A model generated the notes under the pieces. The model did no database searches and was not told the DNA's origin. It was given only the letters and a program-made list of their open reading frames with translations. Positions 24,775 through 32,753 of a stretch of 40,252 nucleotides of DNA are shown one piece after another; positions within the stretch are counted from its first letter, which is position 1, and every line of letters begins with the position of its first letter. A program made the translations under genes and the position numbers. The DNA is from a virus: the IMG/VR virus record IMGVR_UViG_3300046710_000196, positions 1 to 40,252 of that record; one strand, 5' to 3'.

Positions 24775-25066
24775 AGACTATGAATATTACAAATATATTT
24801 CAAAACCGGTCGGGTTCCTGCCGATGGAAGAGCAGTGGGAAGCGGCGCAGAAGGCGATCAAGGAGCTGGCAGAATTTCGGGAAAGGGCCATGGCGGCAAT
24901 AGAGTTCCACCCCCGCGCGTGGAAGTTGATGCTTAAGCGAAAAAACTTTGTTGAGGATGTTTATCGTCTCATCCGAGCGAATGAAAGAAAATTACACAAT
25001 TGGAACGAAGGCGATGAAATACGTTTTCTCGAAGCTATCTACCCTTCAGCAGAGGAGAAGCGCTAA
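24767..25066 (+). CDS. Hypothetical protein (99 aa)
   Basis: The ORF overlaps the E1-like gene end by 8 nt. Confidence 0.55.
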   Translation: MSEDYEYYKYISKPVGFLPMEEQWEAAQKAIKELAEFRERAMAAIEFHPRAWKLMLKRKNFVEDVYRLIRANERKLHNWNEGDEIRFLEAIYPSAEEKR

Positions 25067-26068
25067 ATGGCTAATCCGATCCTGACAGCAACGCTACTGC
25101 GGACACTCAAGGGCTCGCCGCTGAGCGTATTGATGGCGCTGGCGCTGGTGCGGCAGCCGGTGGAGGCGCAGTGGCTGGAGCGCACGACAGGATACTCTGA
25201 CAAGAGCGTATCAAATGCGCTGCTGTTCCTGGAGGAGAACGGCTGGGCGATCCGAAACGGGCGGTATGGCTGGATTATGGCAGGGGAGTCGGTGCAGCTG
25301 CCGTTGATGGTTCCCGAGATAGAGAGCCAGTCTGCGGCGGATGAAGCGGAAGAGCCGGCGGAAATCGGAGAAGAATTGTCCGAGAAACGTTTCCACGGAA
25401 ACGAACAAACGTTCTATACTGGAGAGGAAACAGGAGAAAGCATATCCGATAAGGGGGACTCGGAGAAATTCCGACTCGGAAATTCTCCGAGTCCCGACTC
25501 TAGTAGTAGTAGTAGATCTATTCTTCTAGATTCTAGTAAGGATCTACTACTAGCTAGAAAGGGGGAGTCGGAGAAATTCCGGGTCGATGTTCTGGAAGAG
25601 CTGGATAGATGGGGTATTCGTGAGCCGGTTCGAAGCCGGATAGCCAAAAAGCCAGATATAGCCGTTGAAAGTATTCGATACCATTGTTCAACGAGCGAAA
25701 CCTCTGGTCAAGCGATCTATCGTATTGAGCATGATTGGAAAATTAAGGCGGCTCCGCCTGGTTTGAGATTGCCAGAGACCGTTTCCGTGGAAACGGTCGA
25801 GGAGGAACCGGGCGACGAGATTGCGGAGGGATGGTGGCAGTCCGTGATGGCCGGTCTGCGGGAAATGATGCCGCGGGCGCAGTTCGAAACCTGGGTCCAG
25901 CCGGCCGGGCGGGCCTGGCAAGAGGGTGAGGCGCTGGTGATATTGGCGGTCAACGATGGATTGAAGCGTTGTATCGAGAAATTTACCGATCCCGAGGCGC
26001 TGAATCTGCTGGTCGAGCAGGTCAGCGGTGGAGTGGTCAGACGATTGGATATAGTTATTCCAGAATGA
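25067..26068 (+). CDS. Replication initiator-like protein (N-terminal winged-helix, C-terminal DnaA-N-like domain)
   Basis: The N-terminus LRTLKGSPLSVLMALALVRQPVEAQWLERTTGYSDKSVSNALLFLEENGW looks wHTH-like. The C-terminus WWQSVMAGLREMMPRAQFETWVQPAG...ALVILAVNDGLKRCIEKF resembles DnaA domain I. The gene contains the iteron/AT-rich block. Confidence 0.6.
   Translation: MANPILTATLLRTLKGSPLSVLMALALVRQPVEAQWLERTTGYSDKSVSNALLFLEENGWAIRNGRYGWIMAGESVQLPLMVPEIESQSAADEAEEPAEIGEELSEKRFHGNEQTFYTGEETGESISDKGDSEKFRLGNSPSPDSSSSSRSILLDSSKDLLLARKGESEKFRVDVLEELDRWGIREPVRSRIAKKPDIAVESIRYHCSTSETSGQAIYRIEHDWKIKAAPPGLRLPETVSVETVEEEPGDEIAEGWWQSVMAGLREMMPRAQFETWVQPAGRAWQEGEALVILAVNDGLKRCIEKFTDPEALNLLVEQVSGGVVRRLDIVIPE
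25453..25586. repeat. Candidate origin of replication: iterons flanking an AT-rich palindrome
   Basis: Direct 26-mers GGGGGACTCGGAGAAATTCCGACTCG (25453-78) and GGGGGAGTCGGAGAAATTCCGGGTCG (25561-86) match at 23 of 26 positions. An inverted copy lies at 25478-95. The central ~60 bp are AT-rich, with the inverted repeat TAGTAGTAGATC/GATCTACTACTA. Confidence 0.5.
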
Positions 26069-26340
26069 AAGTAGACAAAATGAGCCTGGACGAATTAAAA
26101 CAAATATGTGAAAAGGCGATAAATTATCGTGGCTTTATAAACTTGCCAGGGAAAGCCAGAATAACACTCAACCTTCCCGAGAGCAAAAACGCCCCCAGGC
26201 GCCGCCGTATCTTTGGTAAGTCGGGCCCATTCGGGAATGTCGTTGCCTGGGGATTTGATGGATACGATACGGTTATTTTCGACGCACAAGAGGTGCTGGA
26301 TTTCATAATTGGCGTTCAGACACTGGAAGGAGAGGCATAA
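26065..26340 (+). CDS. Hypothetical protein (91 aa)
   Basis: It has an ATGA overlap with the initiator stop. The gene is AT-rich. Confidence 0.55.
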   Translation: MKVDKMSLDELKQICEKAINYRGFINLPGKARITLNLPESKNAPRRRRIFGKSGPFGNVVAWGFDGYDTVIFDAQEVLDFIIGVQTLEGEA

Positions 26341-26565
26341 ATGAATGACGAATTCAAGTCGCTATTTCCTGGAGAAAAGGAAAATATAAATAAAGTAATA
26401 GACATTGCTGAAATTTATGGTTATGGCAATTTGATTGCGCATCTCAGGCGAGCATGGGCCATAAAATTGATAAAGTCTAATCCGCTGCTGGATTATAAAA
26501 GCGCGTTAGAGTGCACAAACTCAGACGGTTATCCTCGGGAAGCCATCTCACCAGAGGCGCAATGA
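26341..26565 (+). CDS. Hypothetical protein (74 aa)
   Basis: The ORF abuts the previous stop (TAAATG). Confidence 0.55.
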   Translation: MNDEFKSLFPGEKENINKVIDIAEIYGYGNLIAHLRRAWAIKLIKSNPLLDYKSALECTNSDGYPREAISPEAQ

Positions 26566-26807
26566 CAAGATTCGCTGAAGAAGCCAATTACTGGGACACC
26601 ACTGTTTCTCCTGCAAAAAGTATGGGCGAGATCCAGGAAATATTGGAGGAATTCGGCGTGCGGGACATCCTGATCACCCAGGGCCAGGCTAGAGGTGGCT
26701 CATTCCGGGTCCCTGCCTCTCACAGCCAGCGAGGTAGATGTCAGCCGGCTGGTCAACGAGGCGGAAATATTCCCGGCTTTGCCCGAAGGGACGGTCGATG
26801 CCATTGA
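26562..26807 (+). CDS. Hypothetical protein; 3' half may be out of frame
   Basis: It starts at ATG 26562 (ATGA overlap). The first ~45 aa look protein-like (MTRFAEEANYWDTTVSPAKSMGEIQEILEEFGVRDILITQGQ). The remainder is Arg/Gly/Pro-rich, while the +1 frame reads more naturally. Confidence 0.4.
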   Translation: MTRFAEEANYWDTTVSPAKSMGEIQEILEEFGVRDILITQGQARGGSFRVPASHSQRGRCQPAGQRGGNIPGFARRDGRCH

Positions 26808-27022
26808 CGCCGCGTGAGCTCCAGGTGCTTCAGGCGTTGGCGGATGGGAAATCACCGAAGGAAATCTGTTTTATGTTTTGTATTCACCGGAGTACGGTGT
26901 TTTTTCACATTCGGCGCATTAAGGAAAAACTCAACGCCGTTTCACGCGAGGAAGCGGTTGCTCATGGTTGTTTTATTGGTTTGGTCAAACCGATAATGGA
27001 GCACTTCCCAAGCCCCAATTAA
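26798..27022 (+). CDS. LuxR/GerE-type HTH transcription regulator
   Basis: The signature is MPLTPRELQVLQALADGKSPKEICFMFCIHRSTVFFHIRRIKEKL. I prefer start 26798 over the ORF-track start 26738. Confidence 0.75.
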   Translation: MPLTPRELQVLQALADGKSPKEICFMFCIHRSTVFFHIRRIKEKLNAVSREEAVAHGCFIGLVKPIMEHFPSPN

Positions 27023-27054
27023 GTCATTCGTACAGTATCGAATAATCCTTTAAA

Positions 27055-27091
27055 CGGCTACTCTATAAAAGGAGTAGCCGCATTTTGTTTT
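27055..27091 (+). terminator. Rho-independent terminator ending the early operon
   Basis: The stem cggctactct/ggagtagccg (27055-64 / 27071-80) has a 6-nt loop and is followed by cattttgtttt. Confidence 0.8.
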
Positions 27092-27104
27092 ATAGGAGAC
27101 TGAA

Positions 27105-27449
27105 ATGGATTGGTCAGCATTTACCAAGGCAACCGTGGCGGGCATCCCGCTGTTGTTCGTCGTTCTCGGGCTGGTCGAGTGGCTCAAGAAATTCAACAAG
27201 CCGGACGGAACACCGAAGTTTGACGGTAACGTCATACTGCTCCTATCCCTCGGGCTGGGTTTATTGTTCGGCGGCGGGTACATGATCACCGTCACCAGGC
27301 CGCCAATATTGGACCTATGGGAGATTTACGTCTATTGGTTTGCGGTCGTCGTTTATGGTCTGGCCATGGGCCTGGTTGCATCCGGGCTATACGATGCCGT
27401 CAAAACGATGATCGAGAAGATTTTTACCAAAGCCAACCTGGACGGGTAG
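27105..27449 (+). CDS. Holin-like membrane protein (3 TM)
   Basis: RBS aggaga is present. Hydrophobic helices are VAGIPLLFVVLGLVEWL, VILLLSLGLGLLFGGGYMI and YWFAVVVYGLAMGLVASGLY. The function is inferred only. Confidence 0.4.
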   Translation: MDWSAFTKATVAGIPLLFVVLGLVEWLKKFNKPDGTPKFDGNVILLLSLGLGLLFGGGYMITVTRPPILDLWEIYVYWFAVVVYGLAMGLVASGLYDAVKTMIEKIFTKANLDG

Positions 27450-27452
27450 GCC

Positions 27453-27746
27453 ATGACCCCCGATACTATTGCATCGTTGATCAATCTGGGCAGCGCCGGC
27501 GTCGTCATCATTGTGGTGATCATCTTCCTGAATTTCATCACGAAAAGGGATGAGGAGTGGCGCTCTTTTTTTACACTCTTGAACGCCAACAGCAAGGACG
27601 ACATGCGGGCATTCGCCAATACGATGGATCGCCTGGTGACCAGGGTTGATAGCATCGGGACCGAGCTTGACAACCACGACGCACATGTGGATGAGCGAGT
27701 CAAGCTTATTACAGGCGCCGCCCGCACCCAACCAAGGACACGATAA
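27453..27746 (+). CDS. Membrane protein (1 N-terminal TM; holin/antiholin/spanin-like)
   Basis: It has the TM segment LINLGSAGVVIIVVIIFLNFI. The function is inferred only. Confidence 0.4.
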   Translation: MTPDTIASLINLGSAGVVIIVVIIFLNFITKRDEEWRSFFTLLNANSKDDMRAFANTMDRLVTRVDSIGTELDNHDAHVDERVKLITGAARTQPRTR

Positions 27747-27748
27747 GC

Positions 27749-28102
27749 ATGCCCACCGGCGCGCTCAAACCCTGCTTATATCCTGGCTGCACCACTCTCG
27801 TGCGACGTGGTCGCTGCGATATCCATCGCAATAAAGAGATCGATCGCCACAACAAGGACGCGGATCGCCTGCTCCATACCGCGCACTGGCATCGACTCAG
27901 GCGCATGCAGCTCGCCAGGCAGCCCTGGTGCGAAGAGTGCTTGAAGACTGACATCTATACGCCAGCCACCGACGTCGACCACAAGGAGCGGCACGAAGGC
28001 GACCCCGTTAAGTTCTTTGGCGGCGCGCTCCAGAGCCTGTGCCATTCTCATCACTCTGCCAAGACGGCGCGAGAAGTTTTTAGTCAGGGGATGGGTGGCT
28101 AA
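27749..28102 (+). CDS. HNH endonuclease (packaging-associated)
   Basis: The Cys/His pattern is CTTLVRRGRCDIH, HWHRLR, WCEECL, DVDHKERH and LCHSHH. It lies immediately upstream of terS/terL, as in HK97-like cos phages. Confidence 0.8.
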   Translation: MPTGALKPCLYPGCTTLVRRGRCDIHRNKEIDRHNKDADRLLHTAHWHRLRRMQLARQPWCEECLKTDIYTPATDVDHKERHEGDPVKFFGGALQSLCHSHHSAKTAREVFSQGMGG

Positions 28103-28186
28103 AATGTTTTGCGTTGGAGAGCGAACAGCGGGCGTGGCCAGCGATATAAAATTAATTTTCAATGTGGAGAATCCAGTTAACCCATT

Positions 28187-28864
28187 ATGCCAGCCAGAAA
28201 ACCAGCCGGACTGATCACCAGGGCCGAAACCAAGGCCAAAAAGGCAGCCAGAGTCGGGGGCGAAGCCGCTCTGAAGCCGCGCCGGTCGCTGCCGCTCAGT
28301 CCACCGGCGAGGCTGAAGGGGCACGAGGTGGCGGAGACCACCTGGCGGCGGATGATGCGCATGTACCGCGGTCTCGAAGCCGAGGTGGTGACCGGGATGG
28401 ACCTGGATCTCCTGGTGGACTACTGCATCCTGACCGAGCAGGTTGTGGAGATGGATCACCTGCGGAAGCGAGCAGCCGATGTTTATGCTGAGCTGGACCG
28501 CAAGCTGGGTGAGATCGGCGCCAGGCGGGCTGAGCTGCGCAAAGAGTTGACAATGCTGAAAGCGGAAACGGAGCAGGAGGTGCAGATCGAAGCACTGCAT
28601 GCCAGGATCGATAAACTAGATGATCAGTACCTGGATGTGATGCTCAAGATGGCGAGCGCCTTCGAAGGCATTGTGAAGTTGGATGGCCGCGTCGATCGCA
28701 AGCGGGACCTGGTATTCAAGTTCCGCCAGTCGCTGTACCTGACGCCCAGGGCCAGGGCGGGTGCGGCGCCGGCTCAGAAAGAAGAGCTGCCGCCTCCGGA
28801 CGATATGGAGCAGCTGCTGGACGATATCAACAATACTCTGAATGGTAAACAGGATGGCCAATGA
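28187..28864 (+). CDS. terS: Terminase small subunit (P27-like)
   Basis: It has a basic N-terminus (MPARKPAGLITRAETKAKKAARVGGE) and a coiled-coil middle. It lies directly upstream of terL with an ATGA overlap. Confidence 0.7.
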   Translation: MPARKPAGLITRAETKAKKAARVGGEAALKPRRSLPLSPPARLKGHEVAETTWRRMMRMYRGLEAEVVTGMDLDLLVDYCILTEQVVEMDHLRKRAADVYAELDRKLGEIGARRAELRKELTMLKAETEQEVQIEALHARIDKLDDQYLDVMLKMASAFEGIVKLDGRVDRKRDLVFKFRQSLYLTPRARAGAAPAQKEELPPPDDMEQLLDDINNTLNGKQDGQ

Positions 28865-30546
28865 AGCGATTCCTGGTTACCCTGATATGCCTGGCGGGCC
28901 TGATCTTACTGGGAGGTGCAGCCGTGTTCAGTGAGGCGCGGGCAGACCGGGCGGTCAAGTTCTTCGAGTCCTTGAAGCACACCAAGGGCCGCTTCTACGG
29001 GCAGCCGTTCATTCTTTTGGATTGGGAGAAGCAGATCATCCGGGACGTGTACGGCACGCTCAAAGATAATGGTACCCGGCAATATAAATATGCCTATATC
29101 GAGGTCCCAAAGAAGAACGGGAAATCCGAGCTGGCAGCCGGGGCGGCCCTATACCAGACATTCGCAGATGGCGAGAAAAAGGGTGAAGTTTACGGCTGCG
29201 CTGCGGACCGGGCGCAGGCGGCGATCGTGTTCGATGTGGCCGTGGACATGATCAGCCAGGCGCCGACGCTGGCCAAGCGCGCCAGGATCACCGGCAGCCG
29301 GAAGCGGATCACGGACCGGGTCAGCGGAACTTACTACCAGGTCCTTTCGGCGGAGGCGTTCACCAAACACGGCCTGAATTTGTCGGCCTGTGTCTTTGAT
29401 GAGCTGCATGCTCAGCCGAACCGGGACCTGTGGGACGTGATGACGTTCGGGGCCGGCGATGCCCGGCAGCAGCCGATCTGGTGGATCATCACTACGGCCG
29501 GCGACGATCCGGACCGGGTGTCCGTGGGCTGGGAGCAGCACGAAAAAGCGCTGAAGATCCTGACCGGAGAGATTGTCGATCCGACCTGGTACGTGGTGGT
29601 TTACGGGTACGAAGGCGATGATATCTACAACGAGGACAACTGGTACCTGGCCAACCCGTCTTTGGGTACCACAATCCAGATCGAATCGGTGAGAGAAGCC
29701 GCAGAGAGGGCCAAGGTCAACCCGGCCGAAGAACGTTTATTCCGCTGGCTGCGCCTCGATCAATGGATCACCACCAAGCTCACGACCTGGCAGCCCATCA
29801 GCCTGTTCGACGAAACCGAAGGCGATTGGGCCCGGGCGGACCTGGCCGGGAAAGATTGTTATATCGGCCTGGACCTGTCGACCACCACCGACCTCTCGGC
29901 GATCGCCGGGATATTTCCGCCGCAGGGCACGCAGTTGGACTGGCGGGTGATCTGGGACGCCTTCATTCCGGCGGAGAATATGCAGGATCGCATCCGGAAC
30001 GATCATGTACCTTATGACCAGTGGCAGACAGCCGGCGGATTGACGGCGACGCCCGGCGACACGATCGATTACACCGAGATCCACAAGCGGATCCTGATCT
30101 GGAAGACATTGTATAACGTGATCGAGCTGGACGCCGACCGGGCCTTTGCCACGATGCTCCTGCAGGTGCTGGCGCAGGATGGCCTGGTGTGCGTGGATGT
30201 GCCGCAGACTTTTGTGAGCCTGACGGACCCGCTCAACCAGACCGAGATCCTGCTGAAAGGCAAGGCGCCGGATCCGGATGTCAAAGTAGTGACCGGGAAT
30301 CTGCTCACCGGCCGGATGACCCATGAGAACAACCTGGTCGCCCGGTGGTGCTTCGGGAATACCGCCATCGCCCAGAACGGCCAGGGTTTCATCAAATTCG
30401 TCAAGGAGCACAAGGGCAAATCGGTGGTGCGGACCAAGCGGATCGATACCACCGCGGCCTGGATCAATGCGATGGCCAGGGCCAGGTTCTATACGGGCAA
30501 GGTGGACCTGTCCGCAGAGATTCTTTCCGGGGATTGGGGAATGTGA
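28861..30546 (+). CDS. terL: Terminase large subunit
   Basis: Motifs include FYGQPFILLDWEKQIIRDVYG, a Walker A-like VPKKNGKSELAAG and DELH. An alternative start is GTG 28924 behind RBS gggagg, which would remove the odd hydrophobic N-terminus. Confidence 0.85.
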   Translation: MKRFLVTLICLAGLILLGGAAVFSEARADRAVKFFESLKHTKGRFYGQPFILLDWEKQIIRDVYGTLKDNGTRQYKYAYIEVPKKNGKSELAAGAALYQTFADGEKKGEVYGCAADRAQAAIVFDVAVDMISQAPTLAKRARITGSRKRITDRVSGTYYQVLSAEAFTKHGLNLSACVFDELHAQPNRDLWDVMTFGAGDARQQPIWWIITTAGDDPDRVSVGWEQHEKALKILTGEIVDPTWYVVVYGYEGDDIYNEDNWYLANPSLGTTIQIESVREAAERAKVNPAEERLFRWLRLDQWITTKLTTWQPISLFDETEGDWARADLAGKDCYIGLDLSTTTDLSAIAGIFPPQGTQLDWRVIWDAFIPAENMQDRIRNDHVPYDQWQTAGGLTATPGDTIDYTEIHKRILIWKTLYNVIELDADRAFATMLLQVLAQDGLVCVDVPQTFVSLTDPLNQTEILLKGKAPDPDVKVVTGNLLTGRMTHENNLVARWCFGNTAIAQNGQGFIKFVKEHKGKSVVRTKRIDTTAAWINAMARARFYTGKVDLSAEILSGDWGM

Positions 30547-30713
30547 TGAAACTGAAACGTTATTTTGACGACATTCTACTCATCCTGGGCTGCATCCTGA
30601 TCCTGATCGGAGTCTACCAGGCGCTGCCCGTGGCCACCTGGTTTGTGGCCGGCGGCATGTGCATCTCCTTTGGCGTGTTGGTGGGCCTGGCCGGCAACGA
30701 GGTGAAGAAATGA
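30546..30713 (+). CDS. Small membrane protein (55 aa)
   Basis: The protein is MKLKRYFDDILLILGCILILIGVYQALPVATWFVAGGMCISFGVLVGLAGNEVKK. It overlaps the terL stop and the portal start. Confidence 0.45.
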   Translation: MKLKRYFDDILLILGCILILIGVYQALPVATWFVAGGMCISFGVLVGLAGNEVKK

Positions 30714-31969
30714 TCATCCGCAATCTCGCAATCCGCAACGTGATTGTAGCGCCTGTTCCGAATTCTGATTACGCCAGCATGGTCGAATATCCCTATACCA
30801 ATACTCGAGTTGTCACGATCGAATCCAGCCGGCGCATCCATATCGCTTTTCGCTGCATGAATATTCTGAGCGATGACATTGGCAGCATGCCGTTGCAGAC
30901 ATTCCAGAAAGTAGGTGAACGCCTCAATCCTGCCGATGCGCCCGGAAACATTGCCTGGCTCTTGGAAGTGGAGCCGAATCGCTGGATGAATCCGTTTATC
31001 TTCAAAAAGACGATCATCCTATGGCTCTTAAATTGGGGAGCGTCCTATATCTGGATGAGACCCGGCGCCCAGGAATTAATTATTCTGCCATCGGATGCAA
31101 CCGTCCCTTTATACGAAATATCTTCAGGCAACCTATGGTATCAGGTGACCTGGCCGTATTGGTCGCCCATGTATAACCCGAACAGAAATCCCGTCTATTA
31201 TCCGGACGTCGAGGTTCTCAAGCTCCTGATTAATTCCGACGACGGTATAACCGGTCGCTCGGTTATGACATTCGCCCGTGAAAGCATGGAGCGCCAACTG
31301 GGAGCGCATGATACACAAGGAAGATTTTACAAACAGGGTCTCAATCCCGGCGGTATTTTGTGGATGGCCGGGGAATTAAACAAAGAAGCCCGTGAAAAGG
31401 TGCGAGAAACTTACGAAGAGGCCATGAGCGGATCCGAAAACGCTTATCGCCTGGCTATTTTGGACAGCAAAGCAACTAAATTCGAACAAATTTCAATGTC
31501 GCCTGACGATGCGCAATTCCTGGAAAGCATCCAAGCCACGGATGTGGAGATTGCAAATTACTATGGGATCCCGCTATTTAAACTTAATTCCGGCAAACAA
31601 TCCTATGAATCGAATGCTCAGCTGGACCTGGATTATCTTAAAACAACCCTGAATCCCTATCTGACCCAGTGGGAGAACGAGGCAAAACGGAAATGGTTAA
31701 CACAGGCACAGTTAGCTCGAGGCTGGTATCACAAATTCAACCGGGCCGAGATCCTGGCTACGGATGCAAACAACCGTGCAGTTTATCTCGAGAAGAAAAT
31801 TCTTAGCGGACAAATGACACCCAACGAATCCCGCGCGATAGAAGATCAGCCGCCTTACCCAGGCGGCGACAGTCATTATATTCCGGCCAATATTGGGCAA
31901 GTATTACCAGATGGCAGCATTAAAACGGGCGGGGCGGCCCCGGCTAGCACGCCTGCAGGAGGTAAGTGA
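30710..31969 (+). CDS. Portal protein
   Basis: This 419-aa ORF lies between terL and the ClpP-like protease, which is the canonical order. I prefer start ATG 30710 (RBS gaggtga) over 30659. Confidence 0.75.
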   Translation: MIIRNLAIRNVIVAPVPNSDYASMVEYPYTNTRVVTIESSRRIHIAFRCMNILSDDIGSMPLQTFQKVGERLNPADAPGNIAWLLEVEPNRWMNPFIFKKTIILWLLNWGASYIWMRPGAQELIILPSDATVPLYEISSGNLWYQVTWPYWSPMYNPNRNPVYYPDVEVLKLLINSDDGITGRSVMTFARESMERQLGAHDTQGRFYKQGLNPGGILWMAGELNKEAREKVRETYEEAMSGSENAYRLAILDSKATKFEQISMSPDDAQFLESIQATDVEIANYYGIPLFKLNSGKQSYESNAQLDLDYLKTTLNPYLTQWENEAKRKWLTQAQLARGWYHKFNRAEILATDANNRAVYLEKKILSGQMTPNESRAIEDQPPYPGGDSHYIPANIGQVLPDGSIKTGGAAPASTPAGGK

Positions 31970-32751
31970 TGAATAAACAACCTATTCGGTGCTTCGAGGG
32001 CACGACCAAACCGCATGAGCCATTCTGGACGGTGCGGAATGCGGTTGAGACCGGAGGCGAGCCTGAGATGGAGCTTTACGGCTACATTTCAGAGTTTAGC
32101 TGGTTCGAGGACGACGTCACCCCGAAACTTTTCAAAGACGCTTTGTACAATCTTGGGAATGGCGGGCCGATCACAGTGCGGATGAACAGCGGGGGCGGGG
32201 ACGTGATCGCAGCAAGCATGATCCGGTCGATTATGAGTGATTATCCGGGGCATATTACGGTGCGGATCGATGGCCTGGCAGCCAGTGCAGCGGTGATCGT
32301 GGCGATCGCCGGCAAGACTGTGAAGATCATGGATACGGCCTATATGATGATCCATGATCCGGCGGTAGCGCTGTTTATGGCCGTGCTCGATATTAACACC
32401 CTGGGCGGCCTGCTGGATTCGCTGAAGTCCGTCAAGACGGGGATCATGGAGACCTACCAGGCCAAAACGGGGCTCAGCATCGACCGGCTCAATAAGATGA
32501 TGGTTTCTGAAACCTGGATGTCAGCGTCTGAAGCGGTCAATTATGGCTTTGCAGATGAGGTAATTTCCGGTGGGCAGCAAGCATCCAACCGGTTACGAAA
32601 TGCAGCGTTTATCAATGCGCTGCAAAATTACGAGCACGTACCGGCCGCCCTGGCTGCAGTAGCCCGGGACGGGGATATCCCCCGGACGGTGATTAACCCA
32701 GCGGTGGAGATACTCCGCGCTGAAGTTCGACTTTATGCAAAAGGAGCATAA
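31969..32751 (+). CDS. Prohead protease, ClpP (S14) family
   Basis: The signature is NSGGGDVIAASMIRSIM...VRIDGLAASAAVIVAIAG...MMIHDP. RBS aggagg lies 6 nt upstream of ATG 31969; the ORF-track start 31966 is GTG. Confidence 0.8.
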   Translation: MNKQPIRCFEGTTKPHEPFWTVRNAVETGGEPEMELYGYISEFSWFEDDVTPKLFKDALYNLGNGGPITVRMNSGGGDVIAASMIRSIMSDYPGHITVRIDGLAASAAVIVAIAGKTVKIMDTAYMMIHDPAVALFMAVLDINTLGGLLDSLKSVKTGIMETYQAKTGLSIDRLNKMMVSETWMSASEAVNYGFADEVISGGQQASNRLRNAAFINALQNYEHVPAALAAVARDGDIPRTVINPAVEILRAEVRLYAKGA

Positions 32752-32753
32752 TC

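Noticed and set aside
28861-28923. Signal-peptide-like hydrophobic N-terminus of the large terminase (MKRFLVTLICLAGLILLGGAAVFS)
   Set aside because: A secreted terminase is implausible. It is more likely a start-codon ambiguity, since GTG 28924 lies behind a strong gggagg RBS. It is not treated as a biological novelty.
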